From a virus (taxonomy: Duplodnaviria; Caudoviricetes), in the IMG/VR virus record IMGVR_UViG_3300033480_000053, positions 1 through 25,450 of that record: a stretch of 25,450 nt of DNA; one strand, 5' to 3'. The notes below the pieces were generated by a model. That model saw nothing but the letters and a program-made list of their open reading frames with translations, searched no databases and was not told where the DNA came from. The position numbers were made by a program, and so were the translations under genes. This document shows, one piece after another, positions 8,563-16,883 of the stretch; positions within the stretch are counted from its first letter, which is position 1; every line of letters starts with the position of its first letter.

Positions 8563-9597
8563 ATGAGCACCAAGCAGTTTTTCTGCAAGAACGACGCGCT
8601 GTTCATCGAACTCCTTGGCAAGGGGCTCGACAGGACGGCGACCGAGAAGGAAGTCACCCAGGTGAAACTGGCGGTGCAGGCGTTCATGCAGGCGCCGCAG
8701 AAGCAGATGACCGCCGCGATCCAGGCGATGAAGGCGAAGCTCCAGGCGGCGTCCGTCTCGACGGACTTCGTGCGGATGTTCTCCAGCGCCTTCAACGTCA
8801 CCATGGACGCGCTGTACTTCGACAACGGGTGGGAGGCGGCCTTCCGCGAGGTACCGCGCGACGAGGGAAAGGACTTCTGGGAGATCGCGACCGCCCACAA
8901 GTCGATCACGTTCCGGCGCATCCCCGAGGGCCAGCGCATCAGGCTCGAGGAGATCAGCGGCGACAAAGTTTATGGGTACGTGGACTACTACGGCGGCGGG
9001 CTCGGGTTCTCCGACCGCATGATCCGCTTCCGGCAGCTCGCCATCATGTACGACCGCGCCTCGGCGTTCCGGAACGCGTTCTACACGAACAAGGCCGACA
9101 ACCACTACGCGCTCCTCGCGGCAGCCGCGGCGCTCCTGGTGGTCGCCTGGCAGGGCGGGGCCGGAGACACGACCATCCAGAGGGACGTGCTCACCATCAA
9201 CCAGGCCGCCTTCCAGCTCGGGAACCTCAACAAGGACAAGGGGTACGGCGACACGGCGACCATGCCGCTCATCATCTACGCCAACCCCGTGGACGAGGCG
9301 AGGATCGAGAGCGCGATGCGCGTGACCACGGACTACCTGACCGCCGGCAACCAGCGCGGAACGGCGGTAGGGCGCAGGCCGATCCAGCGCGTCTACACCT
9401 TCAACCAGTTCGTCGTCGGGGGCAGCCCGATCATGGTGCTTCCGGGGAACAAGCTCCAGCGGAACGAGGCGATGGCGCCGACCAGCTACGAGGCGCCGCA
9501 GGACATCCTCACGCTGAACCGGATGCAGTCCGTCTGGTCGATCTACGGCGCGGCCGTGGCCGACACGGACCAGGTCCTTCAGTTCACTCTCGGATAA
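8563..9597 (+). CDS. Major capsid protein (HK97 fold inferred)
   Basis: Strong AAGGAGGGAG RBS, 344 aa, very biased codon usage, RRIPEGQRI..YGGGLGFS pattern, followed by a terminator-like hairpin. Confidence 0.85.
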   Translation: MSTKQFFCKNDALFIELLGKGLDRTATEKEVTQVKLAVQAFMQAPQKQMTAAIQAMKAKLQAASVSTDFVRMFSSAFNVTMDALYFDNGWEAAFREVPRDEGKDFWEIATAHKSITFRRIPEGQRIRLEEISGDKVYGYVDYYGGGLGFSDRMIRFRQLAIMYDRASAFRNAFYTNKADNHYALLAAAAALLVVAWQGGAGDTTIQRDVLTINQAAFQLGNLNKDKGYGDTATMPLIIYANPVDEARIESAMRVTTDYLTAGNQRGTAVGRRPIQRVYTFNQFVVGGSPIMVLPGNKLQRNEAMAPTSYEAPQDILTLNRMQSVWSIYGAAVADTDQVLQFTLG

Positions 9598-9615
9598 GGT
9601 AAGAGACAGGAAACA

Positions 9616-9648
9616 GGCGGGCGCCGGAAAGGTGCCCGCTATTTTAAA
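9616..9648 (+). terminator. Probable leaky intrinsic terminator after the capsid gene
   Basis: Stem GGCGGGCGCC / GGTGCCCGCT (with G-U pairs), loop GGAAA, followed by ATTTTAAA. Confidence 0.65.
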
Positions 9649-9661
9649 GAGGAGAGCTTGA

Positions 9662-10084
9662 ATGCCCACGCTGACGGTAGGGACGAACTCCTGGGTCACG
9701 GTAGCCGAGGCGAACACCTACTTCGACGAGAAGTACGGGGCCTCGGCGTGGGCAACCCTCGGGATACACGAGAAGGAGCGGCTCCTAATATCCGGCTACC
9801 GCTGGATCATGGCCCAGTCGTTCTTCTCGATCTCACCGGCGAGCACCGCCCCGGCGGTGAAACAGGCGCAGTGCGAGGCGGCCTGGTTCCTGTACATGCA
9901 CAACGCGGCGCTGGAGAAGCGGCGCGGACTGTACGCGACTGGCGTCCGGCAGTTCGACATATCGGCGTTCTCGGAGACGCTGGCCGAGCCGGCGTTCCCG
10001 GAGTTCATAAAGGATCTGCTCGACGATTTCACCACAGGCATGGGTGGGACCTTCGGGACGGCGTCGAGGACGCTCGATGACTGA
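9662..10084 (+). CDS. Head-tail adaptor (DnaT-like/gp6-like)
   Basis: NSWVTVAEANTYF..KERLLISG..PAVKQAQCEAA signature; GAGGAG RBS. Confidence 0.8.
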   Translation: MPTLTVGTNSWVTVAEANTYFDEKYGASAWATLGIHEKERLLISGYRWIMAQSFFSISPASTAPAVKQAQCEAAWFLYMHNAALEKRRGLYATGVRQFDISAFSETLAEPAFPEFIKDLLDDFTTGMGGTFGTASRTLDD

Positions 10085-11697
10085 TGACAGGGCACGAGAG
10101 GGAGATAAACAGGCGGGCGCGGGCGCTCGTCGATAAGCTATCTGCGACGACCGCGAGGCTTGACAGGATCGTCGCCGAGATGACGACCACGACCGAGACG
10201 TCGTCGACCTACTGGAACAGGATACAGCGGGAGGTCCGCGGGCTATACGAGGATGCCCGGAGGATCACCGCCAACTGGGCGAACGAGAACATTCCGGTCG
10301 TGTACCGGAACCGGATCAGGGAAGTACTGACGGATATGAAGAACAGAAAGATACCCCCGCCGAGAACAGTCAACCCCACCGACTTCATATCAACCAACCG
10401 CGCGCGCCAGTCGCTCTCCGCACTCCTCGCCGAGACCAACAGCTCATACATGACCGGGTTCCTAAGCGGGCGCAACACCATGATCCGCCTGGCCCGGCTG
10501 ACGCAGCAGTACCGGCTCCGCGAGGATCAGATCGAGAGGTCGATCGAGCGCGGGTTCCAGGAAGGGGGGCCTGGGGTACGAGGCGGGATCGTGGGCAAGG
10601 GTAGCCTATACGGTGTCAAGCGGTCCATGATCGCCGAGCTCGCGAAGAAGGCGACGGACGGGAAGTACATCACCGTCATCGACAAGAACGGAAAGCAGCA
10701 GCAGTGGGACATCAAGGCGTACGCCGAGCTTGTCGCCCGGACGAAGATGAACGAGGCGACGACCCAGGCGACCATCAACGCGGCGGCCGACATCGGGACA
10801 GACCTCGTCGCCATATCCGTGCACAACACGACCTGCGCCGTCTGCGCGCCCTACGAGGGCAAGGTGTTCTCGCTGTCCGGGGAAGACCCGGACTTCCCGC
10901 CGGCGGAGGACCTCCCGCCGTTCCACCCGCGATGCCTCCACAGCCCCTACCCGATGATCAAGGAGGCGATGCAGGTGGACGGGTCGCTCCAGGGATACAT
11001 CGACTTCTCGAACGGGGAGACCGACGAGCACCCGACGCGGACGAGCTTCATCCCTGTCTCACAGCGCGTGCAGGCATATAGTGCTGATCAGCCAAGAGAT
11101 GAACACGGGAGATGGACTCCGGGAGGCGGAGATAAAGAAGAAAAAAGAGGCCATTTGTCTGATAAACAATATTCGTATGATGAACAAAAAAATATTGTGA
11201 AAGGTGATATTTCTGGAATAAGCGATGATGAGGCTGGCGAAACAGTTGATGCCTTTTCAGATTTCACTACGCAATATTATTCTGATATAAGAAAAGCATC
11301 AATCGGCAGTTCTGAAGATCAATATTTTATTGATGAAGCGAATAGAATAGAAAAATATATTGATAAAGCGCCCAAATACGATGGAGACGTATATAGATCA
11401 ATAGGTCTTTCAAATGCCAATAAATTATCACAAGGTGATGAAATTGATATGCGCGGTATTTCCTCATGGACAAGCGATGTGGGTACTAGCGAACTATTTG
11501 CTGCAAATGCAAGATTAAGAGGTGATTTAGCAGTAACTTTTAAAATTAAAAATAGCAAAAATGGAGTCAGTATAAAACATTTTTCAAAGAGAAAACAAGA
11601 AAATGAAGTATTATTTTCAAAGAAACAAGCTTTTAAAATTAAAAATATAAATAATATTAATGAGATGCATCTAATAATTGAATTGGAGGAAATATGA
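10084..11697 (+). CDS. MuF-type minor head protein fused to a C-terminal ADP-ribosyltransferase toxin domain
   Basis: YAELVART..CAVCAPYEGKVFS..PPFHPRCLH MuF motifs, DQPRDEHGRWT linker, then R-S-E ART motifs VYRSI, GISSWTS and QENEVLF in AT-rich DNA. Confidence 0.85.
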   Translation: MTGHEREINRRARALVDKLSATTARLDRIVAEMTTTTETSSTYWNRIQREVRGLYEDARRITANWANENIPVVYRNRIREVLTDMKNRKIPPPRTVNPTDFISTNRARQSLSALLAETNSSYMTGFLSGRNTMIRLARLTQQYRLREDQIERSIERGFQEGGPGVRGGIVGKGSLYGVKRSMIAELAKKATDGKYITVIDKNGKQQQWDIKAYAELVARTKMNEATTQATINAAADIGTDLVAISVHNTTCAVCAPYEGKVFSLSGEDPDFPPAEDLPPFHPRCLHSPYPMIKEAMQVDGSLQGYIDFSNGETDEHPTRTSFIPVSQRVQAYSADQPRDEHGRWTPGGGDKEEKRGHLSDKQYSYDEQKNIVKGDISGISDDEAGETVDAFSDFTTQYYSDIRKASIGSSEDQYFIDEANRIEKYIDKAPKYDGDVYRSIGLSNANKLSQGDEIDMRGISSWTSDVGTSELFAANARLRGDLAVTFKIKNSKNGVSIKHFSKRKQENEVLFSKKQAFKIKNINNINEMHLIIELEEI

Positions 11698-11803
11698 AAT
11701 TAATAGATAGATGGTTAAAAGATAAAAATCAAATAAAAATTATAAAAAAAGGAGATAAAAAAAGTGATAGAACGCTGGAGGACGCGCGGACGAGCTTCGT
11801 CCC
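11036..11803 (+). repeat. 19-bp direct repeat (18/19 identical) flanking the AT-rich ART cassette
   Basis: CGCGGACGAGCTTCATCCC at 11036-11054 and CGCGGACGAGCTTCGTCCC at 11785-11803. Confidence 0.85.
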
Positions 11804-11828
11804 GCTCGGAGACAGGGAGCTGAAATGA
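11694..11828 (+). CDS. 44-aa ORF (candidate immunity or remnant) ending in a duplicated MuF C-terminus
   Basis: MKLIDRWLKDKNQIKIIKKGDKKSDRTLEDARTSFVPLGDRELK; GGAGG RBS; ATGA overlaps at both ends; below the ORF-track cutoff. Confidence 0.6.
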   Translation: MKLIDRWLKDKNQIKIIKKGDKKSDRTLEDARTSFVPLGDRELK

Positions 11829-12649
11829 TACTGAGGATCGGAGACATGCCTGAGGTCGAGCGGATGACGATGCCGGTCGCGGAAGAGAGAGAGAGGCGGA
11901 AGAAGGTGATCAACATACGGAACATGCCGAATGGCGCGGAAAAGACATGGGACTTCATCACCCGTATGGGTAGCCTGGACGGTAACGTGCTCGAGTACCG
12001 GGACTACTCTCGGGTAAATGGGGCATGGTCCGGTCAGCCGTGCTACGTAGTCGGTGCCGGTCCATCCCTCAAACATACGCTACCGGCGGTCGGCGGCTGG
12101 GAGTTCTTCAACGGGAAGCACACGATCGGGATCAATCACGTCATCGAGGACTACGACGGCTTCGAGTGGTTCTTCTTCCTCGACAAGCGGTTCCTGTCAA
12201 TCACGAAGTACCCCATCAAGGAGTACAAGGGACTGCTCTTCGCCAACTGCACGAGCGGTATGAAGATGGCGGGGAACACGGTCGTATTCCACTGCACCCC
12301 GAGGCGACCGTCGACGAGGATGGAGGACGGGCTCCACGGCAGGCTCTCCGGGATAGCGGCCGTGAACCTGGCGCTCATCGCCGGGGCCGACCCGATATAC
12401 CTGTTCGGCCTGGACCAGGGGAAGTTCCCGCTCACCGAGGAGAACCTGCATTACAAGAAGGGGTACACCGGGGAGCGGATGACGCCGAAGACGGCGCAGA
12501 AGATGCAGCGGATAATGACCTGGTTCGACGTCTACAAGCCGTACGCGAACCGGCTCCGGCTCGTGACTGACGGAGGGAACCAGATCCCGTGGATGACGCG
12601 GGTCGCTCCCGAGAAGCTAAGGGAGAAGGCGAGGAAAGTAGTCGTATGA
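11825..12649 (+). CDS. Maf/DUF115 (MptE-like) protein, putative nonulosonate/sialyltransferase
   Basis: CYVVGAGPSL, IGINH, FFLD and SGIAAVNLALIAGADPIYLFGLD motifs shared by Maf_flag10 and CstII-like transferases. Confidence 0.75.
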   Translation: MILRIGDMPEVERMTMPVAEERERRKKVINIRNMPNGAEKTWDFITRMGSLDGNVLEYRDYSRVNGAWSGQPCYVVGAGPSLKHTLPAVGGWEFFNGKHTIGINHVIEDYDGFEWFFFLDKRFLSITKYPIKEYKGLLFANCTSGMKMAGNTVVFHCTPRRPSTRMEDGLHGRLSGIAAVNLALIAGADPIYLFGLDQGKFPLTEENLHYKKGYTGERMTPKTAQKMQRIMTWFDVYKPYANRLRLVTDGGNQIPWMTRVAPEKLREKARKVVV

Positions 12650-12969
12650 CCACATATCCAGAGATAAAGATTCAAGAGATAGTCCCGAAGTCAATAGGAG
12701 AAAAACATTTCGAGATCCACCGCTTTCACCGGGACATATTCATAATCATCGAAGGCGAAGCGATGTTCCAAAGCGCCTTAACTTACAAGGCAACAGGACC
12801 ATATGATGAAGAGAAGGACGTACAAAAAGCGGAAGCCGCCGCCTATAAAACAGTTATCGTGAAAGTCGGTGAAGGTATTTCCTTTGAGCCGGACGAACCT
12901 CACAAGCCGCTTCTTCTTGCTGGCAGCAGAACGGTTCGCTTTGTTATCCTAAAGGAGCACGCGAGATGA
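12646..12969 (+). CDS. nanQ: YhcH/YjgK/YiaL (NanQ-like) cupin, putative sialic acid anomerase
   Basis: FEIHRFHRDIFIIIEGE, YDEEKDV and FEPDEPHKP match the family E-x-H..D and P-x-E-x-H-x-P motifs; ATGA overlap. Confidence 0.75.
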   Translation: MTTYPEIKIQEIVPKSIGEKHFEIHRFHRDIFIIIEGEAMFQSALTYKATGPYDEEKDVQKAEAAAYKTVIVKVGEGISFEPDEPHKPLLLAGSRTVRFVILKEHAR

Positions 12970-13886
12970 ACGAGCCGCGGATCATCCACCTATCATTTTC
13001 TTCTGAGATCAACAGACACGCCGACGTCACCCGGTACAACGTGACCGAGGGCGTGGGCGAGCGGTCGATAATCGACGTCCGGAATATGGATCGACTGCCT
13101 AACGCCGACCTATACGTCGCCGAGTACTTCCTGTCTACCAGGAAGCACCTGGACGCCCTGCCGGACGACGTGAAGAGAAAATCCATCTGCGTCGTCCATA
13201 CCGCGGGCTGTCTACCGGAGGGGCCGTGGGGAAAGATCGTAGCGCTCACGCATGCGTGGAAGAGACAGCTGGAAAATCACCTCGTGAAGGTCGATCGCGT
13301 GATCGTGCCAGGAATCGACCTCGAACCGTACAAGAACGTGACCCCGGACTACGCGGGAAAGACGTTCGGCCGGATGATGCGCTGGAACGCGCAGAAAATC
13401 GGCCCGGACTTCGAGGCGATGGTAAAGGCCGTCCTCGATGGAGTACCGGAGAGCCGGGCGAAGTTCTGGGTGTCGTACCCGGAGAAGGAGGACCGGCCGC
13501 GTATCATCGACGAGCGCGTGACATACTCGGGCGAGTGCAATATTGCGGACTTTAAGGGCGACCACCTGAAGGAGCTCTCGGTCTACGTCCACGCGAACGG
13601 CACTTTCAGGGAGACGCTGTCCTTCGCCGTGATCGAGGCGATGGCGACGGGCCTGCCGATCGTCTACCTGTCGGAAGGGACGGGGGTCATCGAGGAGGTG
13701 GTCGGGGACGCCGCAGTAGCCTGCGTCACGATGGAGGAAGTCCTGGATACCCTGATCGCCTACATCAACATGGAGGAAGGCCGCCGTTACGCGGGGAAGT
13801 TATCCCGTATGGAGGCGCAACGCTTCGACAAGAACCGTATGGTCAAGGAGTTCGACGCACTCATCGAAGAAAAATTGAGGAGATAA
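12966..13886 (+). CDS. GT-B glycosyltransferase, family 4-like
   Basis: VVH, VIVPGIDLEPY and the E-x7-E motif ETLSFAVIEAMATGLPIV. Confidence 0.88.
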   Translation: MNEPRIIHLSFSSEINRHADVTRYNVTEGVGERSIIDVRNMDRLPNADLYVAEYFLSTRKHLDALPDDVKRKSICVVHTAGCLPEGPWGKIVALTHAWKRQLENHLVKVDRVIVPGIDLEPYKNVTPDYAGKTFGRMMRWNAQKIGPDFEAMVKAVLDGVPESRAKFWVSYPEKEDRPRIIDERVTYSGECNIADFKGDHLKELSVYVHANGTFRETLSFAVIEAMATGLPIVYLSEGTGVIEEVVGDAAVACVTMEEVLDTLIAYINMEEGRRYAGKLSRMEAQRFDKNRMVKEFDALIEEKLRR

Positions 13887-13888
13887 AC

Positions 13889-14278
13889 ATGCGAGTAGAC
13901 GTGATTTGCAAGAAAGCAAAAAATGCCTTGAAAAAAGTACATGAAGAGGAATTACAGGAAGAAGTAGAATCAAAAAAGAAGGAAAAACTGTTCAAAAAAT
14001 ATGATAAATTTGCATCAAATGAAATATGCCCCGCATGTGGAAAAACTGATTTAAAGGACCCAGAAGAAGTTCATGTCGGAATAAACGGAGAATTCGGAGG
14101 AGCATATTGCTGGATCAAATGTTCCTGCGGATTTATTTATATGGGTGGAGATATCGAAGATGATGTTACGAAAATAGATGGCTATATAAAATGGTTTCAG
14201 GGATTAGAGTTAGAGATATCATCCATCGGTAAACATAGAAATATTTTTCAGAGAATAATAGATTGGTTCATAGATTAA
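13889..14278 (+). CDS. AT-rich hypothetical protein with a Zn ribbon
   Basis: CPACG...IKCSCG; GAGGAG RBS; codon usage differs from its neighbours. Confidence 0.7.
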   Translation: MRVDVICKKAKNALKKVHEEELQEEVESKKKEKLFKKYDKFASNEICPACGKTDLKDPEEVHVGINGEFGGAYCWIKCSCGFIYMGGDIEDDVTKIDGYIKWFQGLELEISSIGKHRNIFQRIIDWFID

Positions 14279-14287
14279 GGAGACGGC

Positions 14288-14911
14288 ATGATGAGCGAGA
14301 AGAAGATAGTCATCGTCACGCTCATGAGGAAGGACTCGAACCGACTACCGGGAAAGAACGTCCGGTCGCTCGGAGGACGCCCGCTCTACCAGTGGACGGA
14401 GGCGACGGCGCGCAAGTTCTCCAACCCCTACTATGTCTACCACAACTTCGATTCCCTCGCTCTCTGCAACGACGTGAGGGAGGTGCGCTACCAGGGCGAG
14501 GGGATGACGATGGACAGGCTCCTGGACGTCGACGCAGAGATATACGTCATGTTCCCGGTGACGAGCCCGTTCCGGGACGCGACCGACGTCAGGACGGCGA
14601 TACAGTGTTTCGTCCAGAGCACCGCGAAGGTCATGGTGCCGGTCGCGCGCTGCCGGCCGGGCACGTACTATGACAAGAGCCGCGCGCTGATCAACGTGGA
14701 CCCATACGGGCCGCTCGGGGAGTTCGCGGAGAAGCGGGACGTGTACCGGGAGTGTGGCAGCGTCTACGCCTTCCGGCGCGAGCAGCTCCACAAGGACTGC
14801 TTCCTGTCATGCTCGAACAGTGAACGGATGTTCTACGTCGACCCGGTCGGGATCGACATCAACACAGAGGAAGACTGGGAGGAGGCCGAGCGATGGCTCA
14901 GACGTACTTGA
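14288..14911 (+). CDS. neuA: Acylneuraminate cytidylyltransferase (CMP-nonulosonate synthetase)
   Basis: RKDSNRLPGKNVRSLGGRPL, TSPFR, ECGSVY and IDINTEEDW motifs. Confidence 0.88.
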   Translation: MMSEKKIVIVTLMRKDSNRLPGKNVRSLGGRPLYQWTEATARKFSNPYYVYHNFDSLALCNDVREVRYQGEGMTMDRLLDVDAEIYVMFPVTSPFRDATDVRTAIQCFVQSTAKVMVPVARCRPGTYYDKSRALINVDPYGPLGEFAEKRDVYRECGSVYAFRREQLHKDCFLSCSNSERMFYVDPVGIDINTEEDWEEAERWLRRT

Positions 14912-14951
14912 TTGGCTACAATGTTGAATCGATAAAATAAGGAGAAAAGCG

Positions 14952-15470
14952 ATGAAGAAGATCAAGCTGGTATGCTGCGATATCGATGGAACTCTCACTG
15001 ACGGGACCGTGTTCTATTCGGAGCGCGGAGAGGAACTAAAGCAGTTTTCTCACCGGGACGGGCGGGCCTTCCACCTTATCCAGGAGAAGACTGGTGGGAA
15101 GGTAAGGGTAGCCCTCATCACGAGCGAGGAAGGCGGAATCAACGAGCAACGGGCGAAGAAGTTCTTGAGACTCGGGACGATTGTCGCCTTCTACCAAGGA
15201 TCAATTGGGAAATACAAGTTAGAAGCCGTCACCCGCCTCTGCGAGAGGTATGGCGTTGACATCAGAGAGGTACTTTTTATCGGTGACGATACGAACGACA
15301 TCGAAGCTCTTGAGGGCTGCGGCTATTGCGCCTGCCCCTCCGACGCCGTGAAAGATGTCAAGGAAATCGACGGGATAATGGTATCAGACAATCTCGGTGG
15401 CCGCGGGGCTGTGAGAGACATCATCAATCGGCTTTTAAATCAAAAAGCATTTGAGGGTCAGGAGGGCTGA
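14952..15470 (+). CDS. kdsC: KdsC/YrbI-family HAD phosphatase (KDO-8-P, KDN-9-P or Neu5Ac-9-P type)
   Basis: CDIDGTLTDG, FSHRDG, ALITS, FIGDDTND and GGRGAVRD motifs. Confidence 0.9.
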   Translation: MKKIKLVCCDIDGTLTDGTVFYSERGEELKQFSHRDGRAFHLIQEKTGGKVRVALITSEEGGINEQRAKKFLRLGTIVAFYQGSIGKYKLEAVTRLCERYGVDIREVLFIGDDTNDIEALEGCGYCACPSDAVKDVKEIDGIMVSDNLGGRGAVRDIINRLLNQKAFEGQEG

Positions 15471-15472
15471 GC

Positions 15473-16312
15473 ATGAAGACGAAGGTAATACTCGAGTTCG
15501 GGGCGAACCACCAGGGGGACGAGAAGATCGCGCAGCAGATGACTGAGGCGGCCGCCGACCTCGGGGTCTGGGCGGTCAAGTACCAGAAGCGCGACGTGGA
15601 GGGGATGCCGAAGGCGGTGGGTGACGCGCCGAGGGACCCGGACAAGAACTTCGGGGCGACGTACCGCGAGCACCGCCGGGCGCTCGAGTTCAGCATCGAC
15701 CAGCTCAGGCGGATGCGTAACCTGGCGAGGGAGAGGGGCCTGGCGTTCGGGGTGACGGCGCACGACGTGGCGAGCCTCGCCCAGCTCCTCGAAATGGACG
15801 TCGAGTTCGTGAAGCTTCCGTCGCAGTGGTACAGCCACTACGCCATGAATCAGTTGCTCTTTAATCAGCGCAAGATCAAGACGATGGTGTCGACCGGGAT
15901 GCATGACCTCGGCGAGATTCTCAACTGGCAGTATTTCGGATGCGCCGACTACACGATGTATTGCCGGAGCGTATATCCGGCCGATCCTGTGGCGGTGACG
16001 CTGTCATGGATGACGAAGATCGCGGATGCGCTCAGGCTCAGGAAGTCTTCATCCATGATCGGGTATTCGTCCCACGAGGTCGGCGGGAAGTCGGTCAAGG
16101 CCTCCGTCCTGGCTGGGGCGACGGTCATCGAGCGGCACTTCACGCTCGACAAGAAGATGAAGGGCCACGACCACGCGACCGTCTCAAGCGACCCTGATGA
16201 AATGAAGCGCATAATGGACGACATCCGGGAGGCGGAGAGGATGCTCGGCGATATAGGAGACGCAATGACCGCAGATGAGCTCGCGGTACGGAAGGCGTTC
16301 CGGTGGTTCTGA
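15473..16312 (+). CDS. neuB: N-acetylneuraminate synthase family protein (TIM barrel only, no C-terminal SAF/AFL domain)
   Basis: ILEFGANHQGD, AVKYQKR, FVKLPS, MVSTGM, CRSVYP, GYSSHE, VIERHFTLDK..GHDH motifs. Confidence 0.92.
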   Translation: MKTKVILEFGANHQGDEKIAQQMTEAAADLGVWAVKYQKRDVEGMPKAVGDAPRDPDKNFGATYREHRRALEFSIDQLRRMRNLARERGLAFGVTAHDVASLAQLLEMDVEFVKLPSQWYSHYAMNQLLFNQRKIKTMVSTGMHDLGEILNWQYFGCADYTMYCRSVYPADPVAVTLSWMTKIADALRLRKSSSMIGYSSHEVGGKSVKASVLAGATVIERHFTLDKKMKGHDHATVSSDPDEMKRIMDDIREAERMLGDIGDAMTADELAVRKAFRWF

Positions 16313-16319
16313 GGAGTTG

Positions 16320-16883
16320 ATGATGGATCACATACCGGAACGAACACCTAAGAGTGCGGCGGGACTCGCCCAGATGTGCGCCTACGTCATTCAGGAACTA
16401 CTTGGCGCGGCTCCGTCATCTATCCCCGTTGAGGGAAGGATCATCGTCGAGGTCGGAGTCTGGACGGGAAGAGGGACGATGGTATTCTCGGAATACTTCG
16501 GGAAGGTCGTCGCCGTCGACCCGTGGGTGGTCGGACCGGAGATCGCCGGGGAATACGACATGAAGCAGGTGGAGGGAATCTTCGACGCGCGGTTCGCGGG
16601 GAATAAGAACGTCATGAAAATGAAGCTCCCATCCCTCCGCGCGGCCGAGGAGTTCGGGGAAGAGACTCTCGACGCGGTCTACGTCGACGCCATCCACGCA
16701 TACGAGGGGGTGAGGTCAGACATCGCGGCATGGGCGCCAAAGGTGAGGCGCGGCGGTTTCCTCTGCGGCCACGACTACGAGAAGCGGTTCCCCGGCGTGA
16801 AGGACGCGGTCGACGAGTTCGCCGTGAACACGATGAGGGCGATCAAGACGTTCCCGGACTCATCTTGGGCGGTGAAGTTTTGA
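16320..16883 (+). CDS. Class I SAM methyltransferase (Methyltransf_24-like)
   Basis: VEVGVWTGRG, VDPW, VYVDAIHAYEGVRSDI and GGFLCGHDY motifs; GAGGAG RBS (start 16320 or 16323). Confidence 0.88.
   Translation: MMDHIPERTPKSAAGLAQMCAYVIQELLGAAPSSIPVEGRIIVEVGVWTGRGTMVFSEYFGKVVAVDPWVVGPEIAGEYDMKQVEGIFDARFAGNKNVMKMKLPSLRAAEEFGEETLDAVYVDAIHAYEGVRSDIAAWAPKVRRGGFLCGHDYEKRFPGVKDAVDEFAVNTMRAIKTFPDSSWAVKF

Noticed and set aside
8148-9717. Long alternative ORFs over the capsid genes (8148-9602 +, 8209-9717 -)
   Set aside because: Arg/Gly-rich or antisense shadows caused by strong GC3 bias; no RBS or motifs, and the capsid frame is clearly the coding one.
14908-14938. TTGATT...TAAAAT between neuA and kdsC
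   Set aside because: The 19-nt spacer is suboptimal; may simply be AT-rich intergenic sequence.
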